A DNA stretch of 64,000 bases from Microgenomates group bacterium (GTDB lineage Bacteria; Patescibacteriota; Microgenomatia; Daviesbacterales; UBA10151). Made by a program: the position numbers and the translations under genes. Within the stretch, counting starts at the first letter, position 1. Each line of letters opens with the position of its first letter. This document shows positions 29,640-39,613 of this stretch, in pieces. The notes under the pieces were generated by a model. It made no database searches and was not told the DNA's origin. It saw nothing but the letters and a program-made list of their open reading frames with translations. The stretch spans positions 448,589 through 512,588 of the forward strand of contig JBAZXP010000001.1 in NCBI GenBank assembly GCA_041659805.1, given 5' to 3'.

Positions 29640-30563
29640 ATGAAGATTTTACATTATTTTCTGCCACATCCTGAAACCCATAAAAAAGCAAAACTTTTAT
29701 CCTGGCATTTTTTATTAATTTATATCTTAATTTTTATCCTGATTAGGGTTGGAATAGATATTGTTTCTGTTTATAAACCGGGAGTCTTAGGAATTAGTGC
29801 AGAGTTAAGTGTGGATAAAATAATTTCTGACACCAACATTGAACGGCAAAAAGCGGGACTGCAGCCTGTAACTTATAATGCTGCCTTGTCTGAGGCAGCC
29901 AGAGCAAAAGCTCAAAACATGTTTGCAGAAAATTATTGGGCTCATTTTGCTCCCTCAGGTAAAGACCCTTGGGGTTTTATGAAAGCTGCAGGTTATAAAT
30001 TTTCTTATGCAGGCGAAAACTTAGCCAGAAATTTTACCAACTCAGATGATGTGGTGGCTGCCTGGATGGCTTCTCCGACTCACCGCGAGAATTTGTTAAG
30101 CCCCAGATATCAGGATATTGGGATAGCAATTGAAGAAGGGGTGCTGCAGGGGCAAACCACAACCTTGGTAGTACAAATGTTCGGTCATCCTTATGGGGTA
30201 GTGGCAGCTGAGCCTCAACAAAACGTTGTACAAAATAAACCTGTGACTGAGACCCCGAAAACAGTTCAGGTAACACCTGCTCCGGAAGTAAATATACCGC
30301 AGCCGCAAGTACCTAGTGCCAAAGAAGTTTTGCCTGCAACTCAAAATGCACCAGTTGCAAACTTCTTAATTGATCCTTCAATAATTATAAAAGCTGCAGG
30401 TATGAGTTTTTTTGTTCTGATTTCAGCTTTACTTTTGCTTGATTTTATAGTCTTAAAAAGAAGAGGGGTATTTAGGATATCTTCTGCTCATGTGGCTCAC
30501 TTAAGCTTTTTAGCGCTGGCTGGAGCATCAACATTACTTTCTAAGGTAGGAGAAATACTATGA
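29640..30563 (+). CDS. CAP/SCP (PR-1-like) domain membrane protein
   Basis: 307 aa. An N-terminal TM is followed by a CAP domain (NAALSEAARAKAQNM...HFAPSG...YAGENLARNF...AWMASPTHRENLL...YQDIGIA). A Pro/Val/Gln-rich linker and C-terminal TM helices follow. Confidence 0.7.
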   Translation: MKILHYFLPHPETHKKAKLLSWHFLLIYILIFILIRVGIDIVSVYKPGVLGISAELSVDKIISDTNIERQKAGLQPVTYNAALSEAARAKAQNMFAENYWAHFAPSGKDPWGFMKAAGYKFSYAGENLARNFTNSDDVVAAWMASPTHRENLLSPRYQDIGIAIEEGVLQGQTTTLVVQMFGHPYGVVAAEPQQNVVQNKPVTETPKTVQVTPAPEVNIPQPQVPSAKEVLPATQNAPVANFLIDPSIIIKAAGMSFFVLISALLLLDFIVLKRRGVFRISSAHVAHLSFLALAGASTLLSKVGEIL

Positions 30564-30835
30564 CAAAAATTAAGTCTTTATTTAAAAAAGCATTCAGTAA
30601 AGCAGATCTGATTTGGACGTTTGTGGGCTCTGTCCCATTATTTATCATTGCTTTATTTTTATTCAGGTTTGCCCCGAATATACAATTTATAATCTTTTTT
30701 GTTGCCACAGTTTTTTATCTTCTTGTGGCACTAACTCATCATTTTAGGCACAAAACTTTGATTTTGGAGATTGTGATAGAATACATTTTAATTGCAGCTT
30801 TGGCACTTATTATTGTGCAAAGTTTGATTCTTTAA
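30560..30835 (+). CDS. Small membrane protein, hypothetical
   Basis: 91 aa with three predicted TM helices. Its start overlaps the upstream stop (ATGA). Confidence 0.4.
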   Translation: MTKIKSLFKKAFSKADLIWTFVGSVPLFIIALFLFRFAPNIQFIIFFVATVFYLLVALTHHFRHKTLILEIVIEYILIAALALIIVQSLIL

Positions 30836-30838
30836 ATA

Positions 30839-31375
30839 ATGGATGACGTATTTATAAAAACAGATATAGAGGGAGTTTTTTTAGTTAACCGCCCTGTTTT
30901 TGCAGATGACAGAGGATTTTTCCATGAAACTTTCAGAATGAATGAGTTGGAAGAAAAACTCGGGAAACCTTTTAATATTGTTCAACAAAATCATTCCAGG
31001 TCAGTTAAAAATACATTAAGAGGCATACATGTTGCCCCTTGGTCAAAATTAATTTATGTTCCCCGCGGAAAAGTCCAACAAGTGGTGGTTGATTTAAGAC
31101 AGACTTCAGAAACATTCGGTAAATGGATTACAGTAGAGTTAGGAGAAGAAAATAAACAAGCCTTATTTATTCCGCCACAATGCGGCAATGCCTTTTTGGT
31201 TTTAAGTGAAGAGTGTGATTATACCTATCTGGTGACGGATTATTGGGCACCGGGGAAAGAAAAAAATGTTGTCTGGAATGACACTGATCTGAATATTGAC
31301 TGGCAGGTTAAAGAACCAGTACTCTCAGAAAAAGACCAAAATAATCCAACCTTTGAAGAGTATAAAAATTCATGA
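30839..31375 (+). CDS. NDP-4-keto-6-deoxyhexose 3,5-epimerase (RmlC family, cupin)
   Basis: 178 aa with FIKTDIEGVFLV..FADDRGFFHETF and the RmlC-like His/Lys/Tyr positions conserved. Confidence 0.8.
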   Translation: MDDVFIKTDIEGVFLVNRPVFADDRGFFHETFRMNELEEKLGKPFNIVQQNHSRSVKNTLRGIHVAPWSKLIYVPRGKVQQVVVDLRQTSETFGKWITVELGEENKQALFIPPQCGNAFLVLSEECDYTYLVTDYWAPGKEKNVVWNDTDLNIDWQVKEPVLSEKDQNNPTFEEYKNS

Positions 31376-32250
31376 AACAAAAACTTCTTATTTTCGGTGG
31401 AGCAGGACTAGTTGGCTCAAAATTTATTGAAATGTTCGGCGATCATTTTGAAATTGACGATCCCACCATTGATGAACTGGATATTTTAAACAAGGAAGTA
31501 GTTACAGATTATATAAAGAAATCTGGCGCAGAGTTTTTGATTAATTATGCAGCTTTCACTGATGTGGATAAGGCAGAAGCAGAAAAAGGTAACAAAGAGG
31601 GAATTGTTTATAAATTAAATGCAGGAATTGTCAAAGATCTTTGTGAAATTTGTACATCTTTAAATATGCATTATATTCATTTTTCAACAGACTATGTTTT
31701 TGATGGTAAAAAGGAAAGTCCTTATACAGAAGATGATAAACAAAATCCTTTAAGTTGGTATGGTCAGACAAAATATGAAGCAGAAAAATTTATTTTAGAA
31801 AGTAAGGCCCAAAGCACAATTATCAGACTCTCAATGCCTTTTTCCAGCTATTATGATTTGAAACAGGATATTGTCAGATTTTTTCTAAAACAGTTACAGG
31901 ATAATCAGGAAATCACTGCCATTAAAGATCAAATGGTGACACCTGTATTTGTAGATGATTTAGCAAATGCCTTAAAAGTTTTGATAGAACAAAAAGAAAC
32001 AGGAATTTATCATGCTGTGTGTACAAACTCCACTACCCCCTTTGATCTGGCAAAAATAATTGCCAAAGAATTTGGATTGGATGAAAACTTAGTTAAACCC
32101 ACAACAATTGAGGAATATAACCAAACAAGAACTGCCAAGAGATCTAAATATGGATGGTTGAGTGTTGAAAAATTTGAAAGTAAATTTGGAAAAGGTATCT
32201 TGCACAGTGTTGAAGAAAGTATTAATCTTTTTAAGAAACAAGTAGTATGA
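31372..32250 (+). CDS. NDP-4-keto-6-deoxyhexose reductase (RmlD family)
   Basis: 292 aa with a Rossmann motif IFGGAGLVGS and the catalytic YGQTKYEAEK (YxxxK). Its start overlaps the upstream gene. Confidence 0.75.
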   Translation: MKQKLLIFGGAGLVGSKFIEMFGDHFEIDDPTIDELDILNKEVVTDYIKKSGAEFLINYAAFTDVDKAEAEKGNKEGIVYKLNAGIVKDLCEICTSLNMHYIHFSTDYVFDGKKESPYTEDDKQNPLSWYGQTKYEAEKFILESKAQSTIIRLSMPFSSYYDLKQDIVRFFLKQLQDNQEITAIKDQMVTPVFVDDLANALKVLIEQKETGIYHAVCTNSTTPFDLAKIIAKEFGLDENLVKPTTIEEYNQTRTAKRSKYGWLSVEKFESKFGKGILHSVEESINLFKKQVV

Positions 32251-33281
32251 GCAACACAAATTCCAAGAAAAAAGCATTAATTACAGGTATTACGGGGCAA
32301 GACGGTTCTTTTTTAACTGAACTTTTACTTAAAAAGGGATATGAAGTAGCGGGATTTATCAGGTCAAATAGTACAGGAAGTCTTGGTAATGTAACCCACC
32401 TGCGTGATGAACTTCAATTTTATAGAGGCTCACTTGATGATGAAAGATCAATAGAAGAAGCTTTGTCTGATTTTCAGCCTGATGAAATTTATAATTTAGG
32501 GGCAGAAGCAGCTCCTTTTGATTCATTCCGTAGACCTGTTTATACATCTGATATAAATGCCTTGGGTCCATTAAGGGTTTTTGAAGCAGCTAATAGATTA
32601 CAAAGATCCTCAGGTAAAAGAATAAAAATTTATCAGGCCTCAACGTCTGAGATGTTTGGTGCTCCTCCGGAAATTCCCCAAAGCGAAACAACACCATTCA
32701 GGCCAAATAATCCCTATGGCGTGGCAAAATTATTTGCTCATTATAACGCCAGAATTTTAAGAGAGGGTACAAATAATATGTTTATTTGTTGTGGAATTTT
32801 ATTTAATCATGAAAGCCCAAGAAGGGGAATGCAATATGTAACCCGCAAAGTCACTGTGGCTGTTGCCTGTATTGCCAATAAGGTAAAAGATCCGCCATTA
32901 AATGAATTGGGACAGCCAATTATTACCAAGGACTGGAAAATTCAAATGGGGAATTTGGATGCTCAAAGGGATTGGGGATATGCCAAAGAATATGTGGAAG
33001 CAATGCATACTATGATGCAGCAAGAAAAAGCTGATGATTTTGTGATAGCAACAGGCGAAGTACATACCATAAAAGATTTACTGGAAGCAGCATTTTCTCA
33101 TGTTGGGTTAAACTGGAAAGATCATGTGGTAGTAAATCCTGATTTTGTTAGACCCCTAGAAACAGGTCCTCTTTGTGGAAATGCTGCAAAAGCTAAAAAG
33201 ATATTAAAGTGGGAACCAAAAACTACATTTAAAGAGTTGGTTGGGTTAATGGTAGACTCAGACCTCGCCAAATTCTCCTGA
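32247..33281 (+). CDS. gmd: GDP-mannose 4,6-dehydratase
   Basis: 344 aa with LITGITGQDGSFLTELLL (the Gmd signature) and the SDR catalytic triad region. It overlaps the upstream stop. Confidence 0.85.
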   Translation: MSNTNSKKKALITGITGQDGSFLTELLLKKGYEVAGFIRSNSTGSLGNVTHLRDELQFYRGSLDDERSIEEALSDFQPDEIYNLGAEAAPFDSFRRPVYTSDINALGPLRVFEAANRLQRSSGKRIKIYQASTSEMFGAPPEIPQSETTPFRPNNPYGVAKLFAHYNARILREGTNNMFICCGILFNHESPRRGMQYVTRKVTVAVACIANKVKDPPLNELGQPIITKDWKIQMGNLDAQRDWGYAKEYVEAMHTMMQQEKADDFVIATGEVHTIKDLLEAAFSHVGLNWKDHVVVNPDFVRPLETGPLCGNAAKAKKILKWEPKTTFKELVGLMVDSDLAKFS

Positions 33282-33288
33282 CCACAGA

Positions 33289-33873
33289 CTACCAACCCTC
33301 GTCTGATCGACGTTTGGATAAAGTTTTTTTGGGATGATGAGAAGGAGTCTTTTTAAGTAAAAAATAAAAAATTCTACTTATTCCTTGTTCTTTGATAAAC
33401 CAAATAAATAAAAACCAGAAGAATATGGTTAAATAATAAAAACCATATAATCCTCTATCACTGCAAGTTGCTTTCATAAAAGGGAAGCCGGTGCCACTAC
33501 AACTACCAGGGAATAGCTCTACTATGTGATTTTTAAAAACAAAAAAATCTATTAACACCCAGATATAAGTACCCGCAATCCATAGAATAGGGCTTAGTAT
33601 AAGAAAAATAATAGTTTTTATTATTTTTAATTTCTTAAATATATAATAATTTAAAGCAAGAAAGGGAATCCAAATTATTGTATCAGTAATAATATTTACT
33701 GCCAATGCTCCTTGCTCACCTATCGTATTTGCTATACCTAGCTCTAATGGTAAATTTTCTTCCGAAATGAATATATTAAGCAAGGCATAGGAAATAGAAG
33801 CTTTCAAGGAAATTAAGAATGCTAAACAAATTAGTACTAGATAGATGGTAATCTTTTTTCTCTTTAAGTGCAT
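33289..33873 (-). CDS. Hypothetical membrane protein (SGxGFPF motif)
   Basis: 194 aa and multi-TM. It contains GSCSGTGFPFMKA. Confidence 0.35.
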   Translation of the reverse strand: MHLKRKKITIYLVLICLAFLISLKASISYALLNIFISEENLPLELGIANTIGEQGALAVNIITDTIIWIPFLALNYYIFKKLKIIKTIIFLILSPILWIAGTYIWVLIDFFVFKNHIVELFPGSCSGTGFPFMKATCSDRGLYGFYYLTIFFWFLFIWFIKEQGISRIFYFLLKKTPSHHPKKTLSKRRSDEGW

Positions 33874-33946
33874 AATACTATCTTAACAAAAAAATTAAAA
33901 AAAAGTTGCTGATTAAGACCCCTAATTTTCTAGAACCATTTCTTAA

Positions 33947-34240
33947 TTGCTGACTTACAGAAGTTGTGATATTGTTAAATTAATGAGTAAAAAGAATATA
34001 TTCGTTGTAATAGGATTCTTGATATTAGGCTTAATTAGTACCTATATTGCTACTCTAATTGAAATTTTAATGAGCAGTAAAGTACTATCAGGAGCATCAG
34101 GTTTTCCGTTTAAGTATGGATATTCTTCTTTTTTTGGTGGTTCGACTATCAATCAATCAATGTTCATTGTTGATGTTATATTTTGGGCTGTTGTTTTATT
34201 TGGAATTTGGAAGTTATTTTTAAAACTTTCAAGAAGATAA
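33947..34240 (+). CDS. Hypothetical small membrane protein (SGxGFPF motif)
   Basis: 97 aa with two TM helices. It contains SGASGFPFKYG, resembling the divergent neighbour. Confidence 0.35.
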   Translation: MLTYRSCDIVKLMSKKNIFVVIGFLILGLISTYIATLIEILMSSKVLSGASGFPFKYGYSSFFGGSTINQSMFIVDVIFWAVVLFGIWKLFLKLSRR

Positions 34241-37117
34241 TTAATATTTCACTTCTATGATTCCTTGATTAGTTAATAGTTCCAAGAATATAATTCCTTC
34301 TTTTTCTAATTTTTGTTCTTTAGAACCTTTTTGCTTAGTTTGAAGTTTTGTTATATTTTTTCTAGGATTAAAATCAGTGTTTATTTCTATCTGATTTTTA
34401 ATTTCAATTTTCTGTTCAAATTTCTTAATATTATCACTTCTTTTGTCGTTTTCCATGTCAACTGCAAACTCATTTTTGGGTAATTGTATAGGTGAGTTTG
34501 CATTATATGAAATATTTATAATTCTTAGTTTATTTTCTTCTTCATCCTTTTCATCTTCTTTTTCATCTTTATCTTCATCATGATTTTGTTCAGAATCTTG
34601 TGATTTTAGTTGTAGTTTTGTAGTATTACCAGCCTCGTCAGCTATGTTAATTTCAGAAGAACTCTGATTAACTTGTGTTGGGGTTAAATTATCTAACCCG
34701 ATAGTCTTAAATTGACTGGTTTGAAGATCAAAACTAATATTTACTTCTGGAGAAGTTTTATCAATTTTTATTTCTATTTCTTGAGGATTCTCCTCATTTC
34801 CGGCATTATCAGTGCTTTTTACCTTTAATTTGTTAATTCCTTCCTGCGAAATAGTAAAGGGTTCAGTATAGGTCTGTATAGTTTGTCCATTATCCAAAGA
34901 ATATTCTGTTTTTAATATTCCAGAACCATTTGTTTCATCAGTAGCGTTTAATTCAACTATCACATCACTTTTATACCAACTGTTGTTTCCTGTGGTTCCT
35001 GTGAGTTTTATAATTGTTGTGGGTGCAGTTTGATCATAACTTGCGTCTCCAGTTAAAATACTAGTGTCATTTACTTGAAAATCAGTAATTCCATTTCCAT
35101 CTGCGTCAATTTGTAAGATTGGTGGAGTAGTTGCAGCGGTATCGAAAGTGGTTTCTGCTTCAGTATCCTTTGTTAAAGGAACATCTTTGTATAAAATAGT
35201 TTTGTCATTCACATCATCTTTATAATTTCTGATTTTAAAATCAAAACTTCCCTGATCAGTTGCTTCAAATTTAACGATATAGGTTCCACCATCAGGTAGC
35301 CATATAAATTTTGCATCCCCTAAAACTTCATAAGAAGAACCGGGAATATTTGTTTCATAATCTCCGTTTGGTAAAGGACCTGTGTGGTTATTATTTTGAT
35401 CATATGCATGAATTAGAACAGGAGAATGAGAAGATAGGCCAGTGCCCTGGAAGCGATATGCAGTGGTGGATACTTCAGAAGGTAAAGAACTATCACCAGA
35501 TAGAATATTTTTAACTAAATTCATAGCAGGTCCATCGAAAACTAAATCACTGTGACGTTGATTCGTATAGTATATTATTGCTGTTCCTGCGATAGTTTTT
35601 ACTCCGTCTGTTAAAGAAGCGCTAAATAAAGGAACTGTGTCATCTCCATTAATTTTTCTTATATCTGTTTTAGGAATTTTTATACCTGCAAAATTTAGAT
35701 GATAGTCTTCTATAATTTGCCCGGTAGTTGCTTGCCCTGAGCCTGTAATAATAGAAGCATCAACTCCATTTAGATTGTTAAGATTATTGTCTAGATTATG
35801 AAAAGTTTCAGCTGGATTAAATAATGCGGTATTGTAACTCAGATTCGTAAGAGTAGTTTTAAGTTGTTGATAAGATAGAAAGCCAATTACTCCGTTATTA
35901 TCAACATCACGATTATCAACAAAAGGTATGGGGTGATTATTATCAGATCCATTATAAAAATTATAATATTTTTGAGAAGGAGCTAGCTCATATCCGCTAA
36001 TCATATTTCGAAGAATATCTTTGATTTCTGAATCCGGAATACCTAAGCAAAACGGTAAATTTAAAGAATCTAGCCAAGGTTTTGATAAGCAGCCTCCATA
36101 TATGAGATTTTTTAAGAAAAATGTTGTTCCTAGGTAAGGTGCGCCTAATGTAACTAATTTTCTGACATCTTGGGCTTTTACTGGATCATTAATATAATTT
36201 CTGGCAACTAGACCTCCCATGGAATGGCTTACTATATCTACTTTTTGGCTGCCTGTTAGATTTTTAATATTTGTTATTTTTTGATCTAGTAGAGGAAAAG
36301 TTTTTGCAATATCTTTTCTCCAATCATACGGAAAAACAAACAGGTCTTGGTTTAGTTTATATCCGTTATCTGTAAAGAATTTAATAGTATCTCCATATGC
36401 CCCTGAATAAATATTGTCCTCTATCAAAGTTAAATCTACTGGGCTTGTTATTCCATCAGGGTTTAATCCTAAAATATCAAAATAATCATCATTTCCCAGT
36501 GCCCTTCCTTCATCCTCATTTACCCAAACTTTTTCATCTGCAGGGTAAGTATGGTTATAAGTTCCTCCACGACTATCAGGCATAGACCAAAGGATTGTAT
36601 CTTTTGTTTTAAACTCTGATCCCCCTATTCCTGGAATAAAAATTACTGGTGTTTTGGGTGGGGTTGGGTCAGGAGCATTGGTGTTAACCAGATAAAGGGA
36701 TGAGCTGGCATAATATGCTCCACAAATATCCATAAGTTTAACCTGGACTTTATTCAGACCGGGTTTAAAAAGAGAGGTGAAATTTAGCGGAGGATTAAGA
36801 TGAATATAGGTGCAGTTACCGTCATACCTGGTAGTGCTTGATTCAGTGGTGCCATCGGGTCTTGTAACTGAAATAGAAATTGCATCATCAACTCTGGTAA
36901 CTCCTGTCCCGTCAGCGAATTCACCTAAAATAATTTGTCCACCTTGGTAATTCACATCAAAATCTGTAGTTAAAAAAGTTTCACCTGTTGGGGTCCATGT
37001 TTCATAGATACCTGTAGTAATGCTGTAAGGAATTGTTGCCGCACTAACTAAATTTGGAAAAAAGAGAAAAAGTAAAATTGCTGAAAACAAAATTTTGGTG
37101 ATCTTTATCACTAACAC
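34241..37117 (-). CDS. Large secreted alpha/beta-hydrolase (lipase/esterase-like, GHSMGG) with beta-rich repeat domains and an acidic KDE tract
   Basis: 958 aa with a signal peptide. The nucleophile elbow VDIVSHSMGGLVARNY (GxSxG) follows IFIPGIGGSEF. The C-terminal region has Ig-like repeats and DEDKDEKEDEKDEEEN. Confidence 0.55.
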   Translation of the reverse strand: MLVIKITKILFSAILLFLFFPNLVSAATIPYSITTGIYETWTPTGETFLTTDFDVNYQGGQIILGEFADGTGVTRVDDAISISVTRPDGTTESSTTRYDGNCTYIHLNPPLNFTSLFKPGLNKVQVKLMDICGAYYASSSLYLVNTNAPDPTPPKTPVIFIPGIGGSEFKTKDTILWSMPDSRGGTYNHTYPADEKVWVNEDEGRALGNDDYFDILGLNPDGITSPVDLTLIEDNIYSGAYGDTIKFFTDNGYKLNQDLFVFPYDWRKDIAKTFPLLDQKITNIKNLTGSQKVDIVSHSMGGLVARNYINDPVKAQDVRKLVTLGAPYLGTTFFLKNLIYGGCLSKPWLDSLNLPFCLGIPDSEIKDILRNMISGYELAPSQKYYNFYNGSDNNHPIPFVDNRDVDNNGVIGFLSYQQLKTTLTNLSYNTALFNPAETFHNLDNNLNNLNGVDASIITGSGQATTGQIIEDYHLNFAGIKIPKTDIRKINGDDTVPLFSASLTDGVKTIAGTAIIYYTNQRHSDLVFDGPAMNLVKNILSGDSSLPSEVSTTAYRFQGTGLSSHSPVLIHAYDQNNNHTGPLPNGDYETNIPGSSYEVLGDAKFIWLPDGGTYIVKFEATDQGSFDFKIRNYKDDVNDKTILYKDVPLTKDTEAETTFDTAATTPPILQIDADGNGITDFQVNDTSILTGDASYDQTAPTTIIKLTGTTGNNSWYKSDVIVELNATDETNGSGILKTEYSLDNGQTIQTYTEPFTISQEGINKLKVKSTDNAGNEENPQEIEIKIDKTSPEVNISFDLQTSQFKTIGLDNLTPTQVNQSSSEINIADEAGNTTKLQLKSQDSEQNHDEDKDEKEDEKDEEENKLRIINISYNANSPIQLPKNEFAVDMENDKRSDNIKKFEQKIEIKNQIEINTDFNPRKNITKLQTKQKGSKEQKLEKEGIIFLELLTNQGIIEVKY

Positions 37118-37201
37118 AGTATCAATAATTATTTAACTTTAGTCAATTATTAAGATTCCATTATTGTCAAAAGATATTCCTTCAATTACAATCGATCAAG
37201 T

Positions 37202-38386
37202 ATGAAAAAAGCTAGCATTCTACTTTATACTTATAATGAAAAAGAAAATCTGGAAAAATTTGTGGGGGAAGTTTTAAAGCAGGAAAGTGCTTCTGCTGGC
37301 TGGAAATTTGAAATACTGATTGCAGATAGTTCTTCCCCAGATGGAACTTTTGAAATTGCTAAAAGGCTGGCAAAAAATAATCCTAAAATTCATGCAATTA
37401 TTGTAGGAAAAGGCTTGGGGGTGGCTGTAATTGAGGGTCATCAGTATGCAGTGAAACACTTAAAGCCGGACGCCTTGGTACAACTTGACGCAGACGGACA
37501 AGCCAGAGCAGATGTTATTCCAAGACTTCTTAAAGCGATTGGTGAAGGATATACTTTGGCAATTGGTTCAAGGTTTGTTAAGGGTGGTAAAAACGATTTA
37601 ACATTACTCCGAAGAATTTTTACCTGGGGATCTTGTACTTTATCCAGAATTGTAATGGGGCCTTTGGATATCCAGGAATTTACCAATTCTGCCAGAGCTT
37701 TTACTCCTGAACTCTTTAGCAAAATTAATTTAAAAAGACTCCCTTGGAGGGAACAATCTTATATTATCCAGCCTGCTTTTTTAAATGAAGCAGTTTTGGC
37801 CGGGGCAAAATATAAAGAGGTGCCTTTATATTTTAAAAATAGGGAAGAGGGTTATTCCAAAAATAAAGTTTTTAACTATACCTATGATGTGGTGACTTAT
37901 GCAATTGATGCCAGGTTACACAAATGGGGTTTTAATATTCCCTTTTTTAAGATGTCCAGAAGAGGAAAAACTTTTATTAAATTTGGGATTGTCGGTGTAA
38001 CAGGTACCATAGTTGATTTTGCTTTTTATAAACTTTTTATTAATGTTTTTGGGATAACTCCTGCAACAGCCAAGGGTTTTTCAGCAGAAATTGCAGTAAT
38101 AAATAATTTTACTTGGAATAATTTTTGGACTTTTAAATACAGAAAAACGAACACCAATCTTTGGCAAAAATTCTTTATTTTTAATTTGGTTAGTGTGGGA
38201 GGAATTTTAATTGGGGTGGGGATTGTTAAATGGTTGGATACTGTTTTTGGGGCAGGATATGTGTATGTAATGGGCAGACATGTGGCTTACAACAATTTCT
38301 ACTTTTTTGCCACTATTCCTCCTGTAATGATTTGGAACTTTGTAATTAATCACTTTGTTACCTGGAGAAGACAAAAAGAAGACTAA
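37202..38386 (+). CDS. GT2 polyprenol-phosphate glycosyltransferase (Dpm1/ArnC-like) fused to a C-terminal GtrA-like domain
   Basis: 394 aa. The N-terminal GT-A domain has ILLYTYNEKENL...LIADSSSPDGT...QLDADGQ. The C-terminal four-TM GtrA block is FIKFGIVGVTGTIVDFAFYKLF...NNFTWNNFWTFK. Confidence 0.75.
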   Translation: MKKASILLYTYNEKENLEKFVGEVLKQESASAGWKFEILIADSSSPDGTFEIAKRLAKNNPKIHAIIVGKGLGVAVIEGHQYAVKHLKPDALVQLDADGQARADVIPRLLKAIGEGYTLAIGSRFVKGGKNDLTLLRRIFTWGSCTLSRIVMGPLDIQEFTNSARAFTPELFSKINLKRLPWREQSYIIQPAFLNEAVLAGAKYKEVPLYFKNREEGYSKNKVFNYTYDVVTYAIDARLHKWGFNIPFFKMSRRGKTFIKFGIVGVTGTIVDFAFYKLFINVFGITPATAKGFSAEIAVINNFTWNNFWTFKYRKTNTNLWQKFFIFNLVSVGGILIGVGIVKWLDTVFGAGYVYVMGRHVAYNNFYFFATIPPVMIWNFVINHFVTWRRQKED

Positions 38387-39549
38387 TTATATACCTGTAA
38401 ATTAGGGATTGGGGCCATATTACTGATCAGAAAATTTTGAGCATACAGATAAATCCCCAAAGAAATTATCAGCAAGACAATTTTAAATTCCTTTGAGGTC
38501 AATACTTTTTCATATGCAATTAATACAAAAGGAAAAACAGGTAAAACATATCTGCTGATATCCCGGTGGGCAACAAAAATACTTGCTGTAAGATATGTAA
38601 GGACAAAAAAAGCCAAAGGATAAAGTTTTTGTTTTATTAAAAGCAGCCCACCCAAAAATCCTAGTAGAAAAGTATAAACAATATCTTCCAGCCAGATATC
38701 TCCTACCCAAAATTGATTTTTATTAAAGACCTGAAAAGGCGGGAAGATCAGATGAATATTATCTCCTGAATGAAAGTAAGCAAAAAAATCCTGGTAGGCA
38801 ATTGAATACCAATAAAAAACTCCCAAAAGGGTTAAGGGTATAAGCAGCAGGGGATAGTAATTGAACATTTGTTTAACAGATTTTGAAAAAGATTCTCTAT
38901 TTTTTATAAAAAGGTTCCATAAAACAAATAGTCCAATTGCAATAAAAATTAAAATTCCCGGTGGTCTGGTAAATTGGGCTAACATTCCTGCTAGAGCTGA
39001 AGCCCAAATATATCTTTGTTGTTTTAAGGCTTCAAACTTTAAAAAACAATGGAACGCGGCAATGGTAAAGAAGATGAAGATTGGTTCTGCAGAACCAACA
39101 CTATGAACAATTAACCATCTGGCAGGCAGTATTAAAAAAACTGATGATAAAAATAAAGGATGGTTACTTAATTTAAAATCTTTTATTAAATAGTAGAAAG
39201 CAAAAACAGATAACAGGGTAAAAGCAATCGAAATTGCCAGCATGGATTTTAAAAAGCCAAAAAGTGGAGCTAGAAATAAAATTAACACAGCAAAACCCGG
39301 GAAATGGGCTGCATAATAGTTTGGCGAAAGAGTATTCGGTATTTGGGTAATAATTTGTGGTTGATAAAGGGATTTTGCGATAACAATATATTCTAACCCG
39401 TCAAAATTCCTGTAGATTGAGCCGATGCCTTCGGAAAAGTTAAGGCCAAAAAAGTTATCCAGCTTCAAATAAAAAGGGAGCCAGATTAAAAGTATCAGAA
39501 AAAAGGTAAAACCGGTTAAAACAAGTAAATCTTTAATAGAACTCTTCAT
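38383..39549 (-). CDS. Polytopic membrane protein, possible GT-C-like mannosyltransferase
   Basis: 388 aa with about 10 TM helices and no soluble domains. Its position among glycosylation genes suggests a role there. Confidence 0.35.
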   Translation of the reverse strand: MKSSIKDLLVLTGFTFFLILLIWLPFYLKLDNFFGLNFSEGIGSIYRNFDGLEYIVIAKSLYQPQIITQIPNTLSPNYYAAHFPGFAVLILFLAPLFGFLKSMLAISIAFTLLSVFAFYYLIKDFKLSNHPLFLSSVFLILPARWLIVHSVGSAEPIFIFFTIAAFHCFLKFEALKQQRYIWASALAGMLAQFTRPPGILIFIAIGLFVLWNLFIKNRESFSKSVKQMFNYYPLLLIPLTLLGVFYWYSIAYQDFFAYFHSGDNIHLIFPPFQVFNKNQFWVGDIWLEDIVYTFLLGFLGGLLLIKQKLYPLAFFVLTYLTASIFVAHRDISRYVLPVFPFVLIAYEKVLTSKEFKIVLLIISLGIYLYAQNFLISNMAPIPNLQVYN

Positions 39550-39613
39550 AAATTTATGTTAGCATAACCATATATTCTTGTGCTACACTGGCTAAGATTG
39601 TACCAACTTTTTT

